NCBI RefSeq assembly: GCF_963921235.1
Contig: NC_086109.1
Span: forward strand, 26,972,001-27,036,000
DNA from: Mobula hypostoma
Taxonomy: Eukaryota
Reading direction: 5' to 3'
Length of the DNA: 64,000 nucleotides
Below are positions 49,708-62,465 of the stretch, piece after piece (positions within the stretch are counted from its first letter, which is position 1; every line of letters starts with the position of its first letter). The notes under the pieces were generated by a model. The model ran no database searches and was not told where the DNA came from. It saw nothing but the letters and a program-made list of their open reading frames with translations. Position numbers and translations under genes: made by a program.

Positions 49708-50827
49708 GCACCTCTTCCTAGAGATGCTGCCTGGCCTGCTGTGTTCACCAGTAACTTTTATGTGTTTTTCCTGATGGTGGATGCTACTTTCCTGTGACAA
49801 CACTCCATGTAGATGTTTTCAAGTGTTGGGAGGGCTTTACCCATGAAGGACTGGGCATTTTCCATTCAAGGGTATTGGTATTTCCATACCAGGCTGTGAT
49901 ACAGCCAGTCAATAAACTCTACACCCCACATCTAAAGAAGTTTGTCAAAGTCTTAGGTGTCATGTCAAATCTTCACAAACTGCCATGCTTTCTTCGTAAT
50001 TGTACTTGCATGCTGAGCCCAGAACAGGTCCTCTGAAATGATAGCATGAGAAATTTAAAATGGCTGACCCTCTCCTTTGTTTCATCAAAGAGGACTGGTT
50101 CGTGGACCTCCGGTTTCCTCCTCCTGAAGTCAATAATCAGTTTCTTGGTCTTACTGACATCGAGTAAGAGTTTGTTGTTGTGGTACCACACAGCCAGATT
50201 TTCAGCCAGAGATGATTAAGATCAGAAGGCAGAGGTTTGAGGAGAGGATTAAAAAAAAGTGGGGACCTGAAGATCTCATACAGTGCATTAATGCAAACCT
50301 AAGAAAGTGTTGGAGGAAGGTACTCTCACAATATTAAAGAAACATCTGAACATGAGCTTGAAGTGCCTAGGTATAGTAAGTTATGGACCAAGTGCTGGTA
50401 AATAGGGTTAGTAGAGATAGGTCCTTGATGGTCAGCATGGACACGATGGGCTGAAGAGGCTGCTTCTGTGCTGTATGAGACTAATCACTGAAAGTACAAT
50501 AGGCAGAAGTTTCAAGGGTACTTTAGGTCTTTTTTAGTTTGTCAATGAGCATGCATTGCTCTTGTTCAATGTTGTTGAATAGATAAATTTAATACTCTTT
50601 CCAGATTCAGGAAGGCTGAAAAATTGCTCCAGGTTTTCCACCCCAACAAATAAATATGAAAATAGTCTGAACTCAAATTTATTCACTGTGGTAAATAAAG
50701 ACATTTCGACTCTGTGTCATGGTGTGCTTTCTCCTCTAGGCTGTTCTCAATATGCAGCAAAATTTATACAAAAACAATCAAATAAGGTGGCATGATTTCT
50801 GCAGTATCTGGTATAAATAATCCTCCC

Positions 50828-51130
50828 AATGTAGCGTAGTGGTCAGTACCAGCGATCACTGACTGGGATTCGATTCCTACTGCTCTCTGTAAGTAGTTTA
50901 TACATCCTCCCCATGACCACAAGGTTTCCTCTGAGTACTATGGTTTCTTCCCGCATTTCAAAGATGTATGGTTAGGGTTAGAGTTAGTAAGTTGTGGGCA
51001 TTCTGTGTTGGCACTGGAAGCATCGTGACATTTGCAGGCTGCCCCAGCACAAACCACATTGATTTGATTTGATGCTACCAATGCATTTCACTGTATGTTT
51101 TAGTACACATGTAACAAATAAAGCTAACCT
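50828..51130 (+). mobile_element. tRNA-derived V-domain SINE with Rex1-like tail
   Basis: A box gtagcgtagtggt, B box gggattcgattcc, central ggtttcctctgagtactatggtttcttccc, tail gcatttcactgtatgttt..aataaagcta. Confidence 0.7.
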
Positions 51131-51969
51131 TTATTAATAACAGACATTGAACACTTTGTATTTTTTTCATGTGTGTAGTAAAAATGACAGACTTTTCCTA
51201 TTGCTCTGTGTACCTTTTATCTGGCTTTATACCTGCTTCACAATTTTTGATCTGCATCTCCTTCCAGTGGTGACAAAAGCTCAAAGTCCTGAAATAACAA
51301 CTCAGTTCTTTTTCCCTTGCATCTGCTCCTGACTTTCTACAACATTACTTGTACTGTATTCTGTTTATAGTTAGAAACTCCAGCATCTGTGTCTTTTATT
51401 CAGTATTGTACGACATCTGAACCTCTATGTGGAACCATTAGGAAAAAAAAATCTACAGGATGTTTTTAAGTTCCTTTACAATTAGTGACAGTATATCAAT
51501 AGCCACATCCTTTGTGGTTGACAAGTGAAATTAACCAAACTGGACAATTCTGTCAATACTCATCTATATCCTGAAAGAAAACACTGGTTGACTGTATCAT
51601 ATTGAACAGAACCTTAAATTAATAGTACTTCTTTTCTTCAGCACAGAGCTATAGCACACATACAGTATGTGCAAATGACATTTCAAATTATTGCCTTTCC
51701 ATAAGGCACATTATCGTGTTTCATAGGAAATGGTTACAAAAAAAAAATGCCTAACTGTGGCTGGTGAGGAGGCCAGTTCATGAAGAGAATGGAAGTCTAA
51801 GGCTACAGAGTGGTATTGATCTGAAGGTAATTTGGGCAAGGTAATGGCAGATAGAATTTAATCCTGATTTCAGGCACTTTGAGGTATATATAGTATCCCA
51901 GATATTAACGATGAACCTTGGTGTACAAGTCCAAAGATCCTTCAGGGTGGCAACGGGAGGTCAAAGGAG

Positions 51970-52730
51970 AAGACATATGACATAGAAGCAGCATCAGGCC
52001 ATTTGGCCCATCAAGGCTGCTCTGCCATTTGATTATGGCTGATTTATTTTACCTTCTCAGCCCTATTCTCCTGCTTTCTCCCCCTAACTTTTGACATTCG
52101 TACTAGTCAGCAACATATCAAAGTCCACTTTAAATGTTTTCAATGATCTGGTCTCTACAGTCATCTGTGCAAATGAATTCCCCAGATTCACCACACTTTG
52201 GCTAAAAAAATTCCTCCTTACTTCTGTTCTAAGAGGTCACCCCTCAGTTTTGAGGCTGTGCCATCCAGTTCTCGATGCCCCCAGCAGAGGGAACATCCTC
52301 CCCATATCTAGTTTATGTAGTCCTTTCAACATTTGGTAGGTTTCAATGAGATCTTATGCATTCTTCTAAATTCCAGTGAGTACAGGCCCACAGCTGCCAA
52401 ACACTTCTCATATGTTAACCCCATCATTCCAGAATCATTCTCATGAAACTCCTCTGGACTCACTCCAATGACAAGACATCCTTTTTGAGATAAGGGGCCC
52501 AAAACTTTTGACAATATTCCAAGTGCGGCCTGACTGAAGTCTTCAGCATTTCCTCCTTGTTCTTATAATTTATACCCCTTGAAATAATTGCCAACATTGC
52601 ATTTGCCTTCTTTACCACAGACTCAACCTGTGAATTAACCTTCCGGGAGTCTTGCCCAGGAACTTCTTGTCCCTTTGCACTTCACGTGCAGCACCGTGTC
52701 AAAGTCCTGAAAATTCAAGTAAACAACATC
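51970..52730 (-). mobile_element. CR1 LINE 3' fragment
   Basis: GLTYEKCLAAVGLYSLEFRRM; tail gacatagaagcagcatcaggccatttggccc. Confidence 0.85.
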
Positions 52731-55700
52731 CGCCAACTATCCTTTCTCTATCCTTTGTTACTTCTTTACCCTCAGTTCACCAATTGCCCCCCCCACTCCA
52801 CTCTCAGTCCTGAATCAGGATTTCAACCCAAAACATTGACATTTCCTTCCCCCCCTCCCCGCCACAGATGATGCTCAACCTGCCGAATTCCTCCAGTCAA
52901 CTGATTGACGGGCCGAAAGGGCTGTTTCTGTAGGGTATTTTTATTAATTGGAATTTATATTGGCAGAAGTATCAAGGTTCCTTTATGTCTTCCTTTCCTA
53001 GTAAATGAAAATGCATTCTTGTTGAATGGCTAAAGTTCTAGATTCAGAAGGCTGACAATTTGCTTACCATGGCAAATGAAGATTAAAGTTATTTTCAACT
53101 TGTTTTTATCCACTGTAGCAAATAAAGACATCTAGGCTTCATGTAATGGTGTGCTTTTCTGTGCATGAAGCTGGATTTATCTTTTATTTGCATCAGAGTA
53201 TTCTCAAATGGCATAGAAAATGGAGCAAATCTTGCACAGAGAAATCAAATAAAAAATATGATATCTACAGTAAAACTTGTTTATCCCATAGAGATCCAAT
53301 AGTATAGCTTGAATTTCTGTTAATTACATCAATTGGCCTTTCACAAGTGGTTCATTATTAAGAATATCTATTCATATTTCCAGCTGATCTTTACCCTCCA
53401 TAAACCTAATAACTGCAAGCCCCTGAGCACAAAACAAAGAAAATGTACAACTGACAGAAGATGGGGTTTAAGGATATAGTGTGGACTGTTCAAGTGCAGT
53501 ACATTCAAAGAGAATAATATAAAAGAGAATATTCTCTGAGGAAATATGGTTTACACTATTTAAGACAATCCAAGTCTCTGCGAGCTCCTGACCTACTTAT
53601 TGCTGTTTTGCTTCTTTAACCAGCCTCAGCTTGACGATTCTGTGCTTCATGCATTTCTACTTGCTTTCTGTTTAGAAGATGTCCGTATCTTTTGCTATTA
53701 AATTTTCTGCTTTCAAAAGAGGAGCCATTGAGGTTCACAGCCCAATCTCCCATCTTTGTGAAATGGCATGCTTGGATGAAACAGGCATGCATTGAAAGTG
53801 TCTGGATCCATCAAAATCAATTCAGTCTCAGTTTTGATAAGTGAAAAGGTAACTCACAAATTCAGAAAATTTCAAGTGAAAATAGACAATGGCAGGACTT
53901 AAAAGGGAAGTAATATTCAGTGATGAATAAAATCTGTGTTCGTAAGATTCTAAATAATCCTCTGTGCCCCATGTGGCAGATAAGAATGGCATACATTATA
54001 TAAGACCGCAGTATCCCGTTAGCCAAACCATTCTTCCTCACCACCTTCTCCCCAAAAAGACATTATGTATGTCCATGTCTGAAATAGCTTTTAGATACAG
54101 TACTTTGAGTATTTAATAAGAGGTTTTATGTATCCTGGATGTCTTCGAAACCATCTTGAGTGCTGCTGGCTTCTCCCACTGATCATTACTGTGACATACC
54201 AAGTCATGATCTCCACTCCACTAAACCATCATTCATCACTTCCCATTGTTTTCAGATTTCAGTGACCATCCTGGCCAGTATTCATCACCTCTTGACTCCC
54301 TCCATGGTCACACTTCTAGCAGAGTCATTTTAATCCTCCTAAGTGACTTAACATGACCACCATTGCCTGAGAATCCCCATAAGGTGTCCATTAACTTCTG
54401 ACTAGATAAGTCCTTGAGAGCTGTATTGTATACCCATTGATTTAGTCTCTATTGGCCATGACTTCTTCAGGTTATTATCTTCCCCGCTTGTTTTGATCTC
54501 ATGAGATGGTAAAATGACATACTCATTTTCTAAGACTACCTTTATTTTTATTTTTATTCAATAGTTGGTTCAGAGGCAGAAACAAAGAAGATTAATTCCC
54601 ACAATTAAAACCTTTTACCAGAATGGTTGGATTTGCCTGAAAGGCAAATGAGGAATTGCAGAGGTAAGGGCTTTAGCAAAGAAATTCCAGTTGATATAAA
54701 TCCTTTTTCAAACATTGGACTTGATTTGAAGTAATATGCCACTGAGAATTTATCCAATAATAACAGAATAAATGTTAGTAAGCGATTTTGCTATGAGACG
54801 CAATAGAATTGTGAGACATGGTAGATTATACGGAGGGCAGGAATTGCTGATAGGTGAGTGATAGGAGTGGGATGAATTCAGCATTGCCTAGGGCAAATGA
54901 CAGAGTTTCTAGGATGTGGTATTTAAAAATATTTTGTCCCTGACATGTGTAAGATAACAAATGTATGCATCACCACGTTTGGTTCCTCTGGGCTAGACTC
55001 CTGGTTTGACCCATAATTTTCACTTGTATTTGCAAGACCACTTGAAGCATAGACCTATGGAACTTACCCCATCAGATGTCATTTCTTCTTTATACTACTT
55101 TCATTTAGATTTCTAGCGCAGTAACCAAAATGTTCGGTGCTCATCTTCACCTATGTTGTGTTTTTTTCATGTTTCATTCCTTGTCCAACTCCTAGAAACT
55201 TTTTCCGCTTAAGAAATGCAGACCAGCCTTGACTGCTGCACCAGGTTTCAGATTTTGGCTATTCTTCTAATACCTGCAGCACAAATTGTCTCACAGTCAC
55301 TCTCATGAGGCGCTGATGGTATTCACCTGTTTAACCTCTTGTTTCCATTTCCTCCTGTGGACCCTGCAGTTTCTGGGTTGAGTTGTGCGCCTGGTGTCTG
55401 CAGCTCCTGGGTTGAGTCCAGTATCAGTGACCTCCATGACAGAAAAAGCCTGTTGTTTCTCTGCACCTGGGTCTGGTTTTCCAAGACCATGCCATGACAA
55501 TAGCACTGCTTGCACCAGCATTCACATTAATCAATCTGAAGTTATATGCTTTCATTCCCTGAGTTCATATCATGACTCTTGGATAAGGCATTGGGCACAA
55601 GATACAATTTGCAACTTCGTATGAGTGGTTTGTGCAAGGTTCCACCACAAGGTTCATCAACATTCAATGACTGTCGATGATGCCTTGTTTAAAAAAAAAC

Positions 55701-56398
55701 TCAATAAGCCTTAAACACTGGGAATTGATGATAAAATTGGATAATGCAGTCTTAAATTGAATATCAGAGAACTAATGTGCAAACGTCTGCAGACATTTTA
55801 TCAATACTGCATTCAAATATCAAAGTTCAAGTTGAGTATAGTAATCCAATTGGTCGCTTCCAACGTGGCAATATACAAGCCTGAGATTCTAGTAGCGAAA
55901 AGAAAAACGATCAGTCATCCAAATCAAACAAGATATTAACCTTCGTTTGCAGCAGGTGTCCGTTTTCATGTTGTGAATTTTAATCACTTTTTCCAATAAT
56001 GTAAGAGATTAAGAATTAGGTTTCAGGAGTGAGCTAAGCCACTCCTCTTATCTCCTCCTCTTTCAACAATCATAGCCTGACCCTGACCTCAGCTTGATTT
56101 TCCTGCCCAGTTCCTATATCCCTTGACTTATCTGTTGACCAAAAATCTGTTTACCCTCAGTCTCAAGTTATTCAGCGCTTCAGCATCTACAGAGTAGAAA
56201 TTTTTAAACATTTGCATCCCTTCATCTCAGTCTTAAGTGAATGGCTCCTTATTCTTCCCCTTGTTCTAGATTCCTTTAGAAAGGTAAAGTTATCTTATTT
56301 TGTTTCAAATATTCTCCTCTCATTTTGTTTTTACATTCCAGTCTATATAGCTTAACCTGATCAATCTTTCTTCATATCTTAATACCAGGTATCAAACC

Positions 56399-56712
56399 TG
56401 TCAGGAAATGTAGAGGAGGCTTGACCCAAACACAGAGCTGCAAAGATGATTAGGCGGTGAAGGAAAATCTTAATAAGCTGCAAAATATCAAGCCACAAAA
56501 CAAGAGAGAACAGATACTAAACATGACAAAGCAACAAAGCAAGTGAAGGTCAGGAGCAACTAGTTGAGCCTGGCTGGTTCGTATGAGTGAACAAGAATTG
56601 TGTATGAGAGCTGGATTTAAATAGGCTGCAGGTGATGCACTAGAAATGAGCAGCGGGTGACTGCTGTTAGCTGTATGGAAACTGGGAAGAGCCTACACGT
56701 GCAGGCTTGACA
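56399..56712 (-). mobile_element. Solo LTR (Gypsy-like), 314 bp, inserted in an old CR1
   Basis: TGTCAGG...CTTGACA termini; flanks aaacc / aaact (5-bp TSD, 1 mismatch); TATA-like atttaaatag ~56615. Confidence 0.72.
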
Positions 56713-57755
56713 AAACTGAGGAAAATTCTCTGAGCTGCCTCCATTGCCTCCTTAAGCCATGTTTAGTGTGAACTTGCAAGCACCCTATTCAGTTAGCTAT
56801 TTTTGTACTTCAGAGTATCATAGAAACATAGAAAATAGGTGCAGGAGTAGGCCATTCGGCCCTTCGAGCCTGCACCGCCATTTATTATGATCATGGCTGA
56901 TTCCAACTATTTTGATAACTATCTGTATCTGCATGCTAATGTTGTGTCTTGGGAACACCCTCTGTGCAATAGCATTTTGTAGTTAATATCCATACAATTA
57001 ATAGTCTGCTTTTATACCTTTTCCTGCCATTTCACATTTCCCATTGTAGCTCCATTTATCAATTCTTTTTCACAACCTTCTCCCACATTTTCTTGTAACA
57101 TGACCTAATTTAGCTTCAGTACACTTCGTAAGAAATTACTTTTCCCTTTGGTGTTCTGAAATGATTTAATAGTTCTGGATGTTTGTCTGGCCATTTCTGT
57201 TGGCCCAGAATTTTTCTAGTGCGTCTCAGGATTAAGTAGGGATATTATAAAGTGTTTATATTGATCCTAAAAAGATCTGAACTTTTTCAAGCATGGGTCT
57301 TGGACATCCTCATGTATTGATGAATTCATGTTTACACTGTATTCTCACAACTCTTTCAATTTACTGTGGGGGCTTATGTGTCACTGTACTGTAATTGACT
57401 ATTTCACCCTTCTGTCAAAGCTCACTCTTCAAAATTACTGATTTCAAATTTCTTCCTTGCCATCATCAAAACCAATGTTTTTTTTTCTGAACAACGTTTC
57501 TTCTTCCCATCTGCTTATCGCAACCATCCACCAAAGTGTCAAGTGCTCAATGTCTGCATACATTACCATTTACTTCTGGCAGATCAAATGATGCCTTTCT
57601 TAAACCTGCATTATTTACCAGATGGGAAATACTATTGCTTCAACTACCTTTTTGTTATTGCATTTCATGACTTAGTAGGAGCCCATTCAGCCCAGCTGGA
57701 CCATTCTTTAAACCTCATCTTGATAACTGTGATTATGTAACATTATGATCTAAGG

Positions 57756-60370
57756 CAGTGGTTCCCAAATCTTTCGGGTAACTACCCTCTTGGCTCCCAG
57801 ACTACATCCACAGTGCCCCCCTCTCCCTTTCCTGCCATTACATAAACGCTATAAAGAATTTTGATTTACGATGCAGGGTGAAAAGAAAACAGGAACTGCA
57901 GATTCAAAACAGTGACGTAATTGCAAAAAAATTCAAATCTATTTAAAGCTGAAAATAAAATTATTTCTTTAGTGAATTGAATTAAAACTATTTTCTTCAG
58001 TTTTAGAGGATATATTAGTAGTCCAACTATTCACTACTTCATTGCTTTTTTACCTTCCAATGAGATGGATAGGCTTGGTGCAATGATAACAGTCTCTCAG
58101 CATCAGGTTGAATGTCACTCAGAAGGTGTCTCAGATCCCCACGTGCAGTCTGTTTTGCTCCTTTGAAGGAAGTTGTCTGACTGCACTGAAACTGCACTCC
58201 TCTAAATATAATGTTTGAAAAGGTCATCTTGACCTTTTTCCACAGAGCATGATAGCATTCAGAGATTTCTTTCTGCAACTAAAAGTCTTGATATGATTTT
58301 TTTGAACCTTGGCTTCAGCTCAAAGTTATTTTGTAGCGAGATCAGTTCTTACTCCTGTTAATTCCTCATTATGAGTATTCAGGAACGGATTTATTAACCA
58401 ATCTGCAATTTGGATCAAAGGAAGATCCTGAAATATCTCTGACACGTCTTTATGCAGCTCACCCAGGTGGACACAGTATACCTGAAGATCATTGTCAAAG
58501 ATCATTGTTGAGAGGCTTGGAAACTGGAAAAGGTCACAACGGCTAATGTTGCACTTAAATAGGGTTAACTTGAACAGAAAGTGGAAGACTGATTTTACTT
58601 TGATAAGATTCATATCATTGCCTTGCAATTGAAGATTGATTTCATTAAACTTTGTGAATAATTCTGACAAATAAACAATGCCATGCCTAATATTCTTGAG
58701 TTGATTATTCAATGAAGCATTTGAAACTTCAAAGATTTTATCGTCATTTCAAAAAGCCCAATTTTTTAAGGCAGTTTCCTTTTAAGAGCCATCTGACTTC
58801 TGTGTGCAATAACAAGTATTCAAACTGCTCGTCATTCTCAAGATAAAACTCTCAAAATAGTCGAGAATCGAGAGCATGGGGCTTGATTTTATTTACCACT
58901 ATGATAACAGTGTTTAAGGGTTTGTGCAGCCAATCACTTAGGTTTTTTTGTGTGACAAGGTGTAGTCTGTGAGTTACGCAGTGAATAGTAAATTTGTTAG
59001 GTACCTCTTTGTTTTAAAGGAAGTAATAACCCCAGAGTGGCATCATGTCATTGACGGTGCCCCATTTGTTGCACAAGTAAGAACGTTGGTGAGCTGAATA
59101 TCTTTCTCTTTGAGAAGTTGCTCAACAAACCAAGAAATTGCCTCCCTCTTCATGTATGCTTCCAGTCCCCTTGAACCATGCTTTCATCTTTTATGGAGTG
59201 AACATAGCCAAAAACATTACCTGGAAAAGTTGACTCATCCAACTGCAGAGAAAACTCTGTTGTGCTAAGTATGTTGCACAATGTGGCTTCCATATTCTCA
59301 GACATTTCATTTATTCATCTTTGAACAGAGTTGTAGCTTGAGTGGAATCACTTTAATCATTTCCCTGGTGAGTTATGCAAAACCATACTCAGAACTCCCT
59401 TTACTGCTGACAGGATCAATTGTTTTCCAATTGTATGGGGCTTTCCAAATTTAGCAATGAGCAACAAAATATTGCGTGAAGCATGCAGACCAGGACTGTT
59501 TTGTTGTGAGGTGCTGGTAAGTATGTTTTGAAGTGCTTTACGTTTCTGAAAGTTTTCATGAAAAGACTGAAAAGCAGTTTGCTTTATCGGAGTGTATTCT
59601 CTTTAAACGTTCAAGGTGCTGGGATGGTTTCATTGCCTCATTTGAAGAACATGTTCTCACAAGCAGACACATTGGCTGTTATTGGTTGCTTGCTGATAAA
59701 TCCATATTTCAGGTTCTCCACACTAAAATGTCTACACTTCTTTTTTAGTTTGGTCTGTTTCTGCCATTTACGTTATTGATTAATGACCACGGTCAATCTC
59801 GTATTGTTTAAGTCCAACCTCAAGCACTGCAATTATCAATGATCAGGCAAAACCTGAAGGTACATAAAGTGGGGCAGTGATATCTCAGTTGGGCCATGGG
59901 CTAAAGATATGCAGTCAAGACCAGCCGAAAGGGCAGATTCTGAATTTTACCCCTTGCATACCATACCCTAATTCACAAGAATTGCATCATTGTGTGATTA
60001 GAGTACGGGAATCACACTAGCTAACACTGTACTACAGTAGTGAATGGCAATAATGCGCAGGTGGGGTCCAGAATTAACACAATTTCTTCAGTACAGATTT
60101 TTCATGACTTCCCAGATACAGAAGTGTCACTTTGCTTTTTAACAACTATAACATGCTTTGAGCAAAGTCCAAATGAATGGTATGTTAGCAAGAGAAGAGT
60201 TGATTATGTGATCATTGTGATCAATTATGAAGCACTGAGGATCAAATGTTTATGATAAGTAACTTATCTCTTAAATTAAACCTGTAATCCCTCAGCTGCC
60301 CTCCCCCCTTGTTACCAACCACCCCTCCACTGCCTCTGGGTGTCGATATTGCCCACTTTGTGAACCACTG
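57756..60370 (-). mobile_element. hAT DNA transposon (Charlie/Buster family), full length, decayed transposase
   Basis: TIRs CAGTGGTTCCCAAA / TTTGTGAACCACTG; 8-bp TSD atctaagg (57748-57755) / atctacgg (60371-60378); remnants FSLQLDEST, CATNGAPSM, IHCVTHR, HTEVRWL, YLSELFTKFNEINLQLQG, RGDLR. Confidence 0.93.
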
Positions 60371-60444
60371 ATCTACGGTGAAATACATCTGGCCGTGTCA
60401 TTGGACCTAAAACACTGAATGTTTTATTTTTGTGACAGAAACAT

Positions 60445-61435
60445 TTGTAGATTCAAGAATCAAGTGCATTTATAATCAAAGAATGTATAAGTTATACAAC
60501 CTTGAGATCTGCTTGCTCACAGGTAGCCACAAAGCAAGAAACCCGAAAGAACCAATTAAAGAGAAAAAACTGAAAGACCAACGCATGATGCATGAGAGAA
60601 AAAAATACAAATCATGCAAGCAGTTGAAGTGAATTCCAAACCAAAAATGTGTCTTCAGATCTGGATCCCAGAGCAGCTCAGAGTAGGCCCGAAGCCTCGC
60701 TTATCAATTCATCATATTAGTGGGCATGGAGCACAGCAGCCGGGACAATTTTCATAGCCTCAGCACCATGGGGATGACCATCATGAAGAATGAATGAAAT
60801 CAGCTGTTGTCCTGACCGACACCCTGTTTTCTATTGACTATCTGGGCCAGCGTTTAAATTGACCAAACAACAGAACAGCAAAAGTCTCTGGCACTCTGGA
60901 CAGAGGAGTGAAGGTCGCAGAGAGTGAGTGAAATCAGGTCTCACCTCTGATCTGAACCTATGTTTAAATAGTCTAAACAGTGCATCGTATCTCACACTGG
61001 GACCCGGAAACCGTGACTGTGAAAGGCTCCAGGCCTACACCATGCTGCCCAGTGGTTTGCTCCGAGCTCTGATTTCACTGCCCTGCCCAAAGCTGCTCTC
61101 AGGCTCTTCAGCTCAGCTCGGTGCCCAGAGCAATCCAACCTTGCACCCCAGCCAGTTGTACAGGCACTGAATCTCATCTGCCCGAGCCCCAATTTCTCCT
61201 TTCAGCAAAGCGATCCCACCTCGCTCCCTGGCCAGATGTATGGGTTCAGAACTCCATCTACAACGATTCTGCAACACACCATCTTGCTATTGCTCGCCCT
61301 TTCACTGTTTGGCGTGATTACTTAACACAATTTACCTCAGAAAAGGTATTTTTTGTGATTTTTAAATTGGATTTCTTAGCTTTTTGACTACCGGAAATTT
61401 GTCGGACATGTTCGGTAGTGCCACCTTAACTGGAA
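60445..61435 (-). mobile_element. Non-autonomous retroelement with Rex1-like 5' end and 3' tail
   Basis: Minus start ttccagttaaggtggcac (compare the aagatggcg-type 5' motif); non-coding GC-richer body; tail gatctcaaggttgtata..attcttgaatc. Confidence 0.5.
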
Positions 61436-62179
61436 TATGGAAGTTTCATCGGCAATTTTATGAAGAAACACAGATTAAATGTAGCTGCATCTCGCTGATG
61501 AAAAATCCATGCATGCTCCCATTCAGATGTAAGTTCCTCAAAAGGTAGTGTTAACTTATGCTTGAGAGGGCGTTTTTCAAACATAAGACTTTAAAGGGGA
61601 GCAGATCAATCAGGTTTCTTATACTTAGGCTTTTCACATAATTGTTTGCCCTTTTTTGCAATACTGATACTCAAGTAAGGCTGACAGTGACTGCAAAAGA
61701 AAAGCCTACTTTGTAAAGAGGCTTTGGCATCATCAGGAGGCCCTAACATCATTCAGGGAGATCTCTTCAGCACTGGACTGAAGTCACTGTTATTTGAAGG
61801 TAAATAGGACAATCAATTTATAGAGGGCACAGACACTTTTCAACTGCATTGAATTCTGAACCTGTATTCTTTATGACGACAAATAGCAGGTTGCTCTCCT
61901 ACTGTCACAGTTTCTTTTTTTGAAGCCAAAAGGTCATTAGCTCAGAGATCAGAGAGGCCTGCAGAGGTAGGAAACTTATTGTGGGAAATACACGGAACTT
62001 AAGTTTCTGAAAAATCAGGTTGGATTCTTGCCGTAACTCTTGTCTTCAAACCTCCTCCCTGCTTCTTTTCCCTTTTAATGAAAAAATGACAAAGAGCTCA
62101 TTTTGCTAAGCTGCAGTCTGGAGGCTTGTAGGCCTAATAGCGATCAAATGTGTTTGTTGGAAAATGTGAGGGGAGATTG

Positions 62180-62465
62180 TCACATGGTAGTTTAAGTGCA
62201 CAAGACATGAGGGTGGCACAACGCTTTACAATACCAGTGTCCTGGGTTCAGTTGCCACTGTTGCCTGTGAGGAGTTTGTATGTTCTCCCTGTGACTGTGT
62301 GGATTTTCTCCCACAGTCCAAAGGCCTATCAATGAATAGGTTAGTTGGTCATTTGTAGATTGTCTTGTGATTAGGCTAGGGTAAATCAGGGATTGCTGGG
62401 TGGCATGGCTCAAAAGGCCAGAAAGGCCTACTTTGCGATGTATCTCAATAAAATAAAAATAAATT
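62180..62465 (+). mobile_element. tRNA-derived V-domain SINE with CR1-like tail (HE1-like)
   Basis: cctgggttca B box, ggagtttgtatgttctccctgtgactgtgtgg central domain, ggccagaaaggccta..tgtatctcaataaaataaa tail. Confidence 0.7.

Larger units (their letters stand above)
46542..49767. mobile_element. Composite Penelope-like (Neptune-type) insertion with inverted arms, 14-bp TSD
   Basis: TSD ttcctgatggtgga at 46528-46541 and 49768-49781; minus copy 46542-~48804, plus copy ~48805-49767. Confidence 0.93.
46090..50210 (-). mobile_element. Rex1/Babar LINE 3' fragment (46090-46541 plus 49768-50210) split by the PLE insertion
   Basis: HHPGHALLSPLPSGRRYRSL; WYHNNKLLLDVSKTKKLIIDFR; colinear with the copy at 130-800 once the insertion is removed. 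Confidence 0.85.

Noticed and set aside
9075..49797. Repeated near-identical short ORFs (PDEGSRPETST.., GQAASLGRGAVDVSGRDPSSG) as a peptide gene family
   Set aside because: They are translations of the non-coding PLE terminal repeat and hammerhead on either strand.
50828..50885. tRNA gene
   Set aside because: A and B boxes are present, but there is no cloverleaf and it continues into a SINE body and tail.
55303..55521. Minus-strand ORF with an internal CAG|GTGAAT donor
   Set aside because: No clear acceptor or homology; it could not be joined in frame to other candidates.
58039..59760. Domesticated ZBED/SCAND3-like gene
   Set aside because: Many stops and frameshifts, and it is still flanked by TIRs and a TSD, so it is a transposon fossil.
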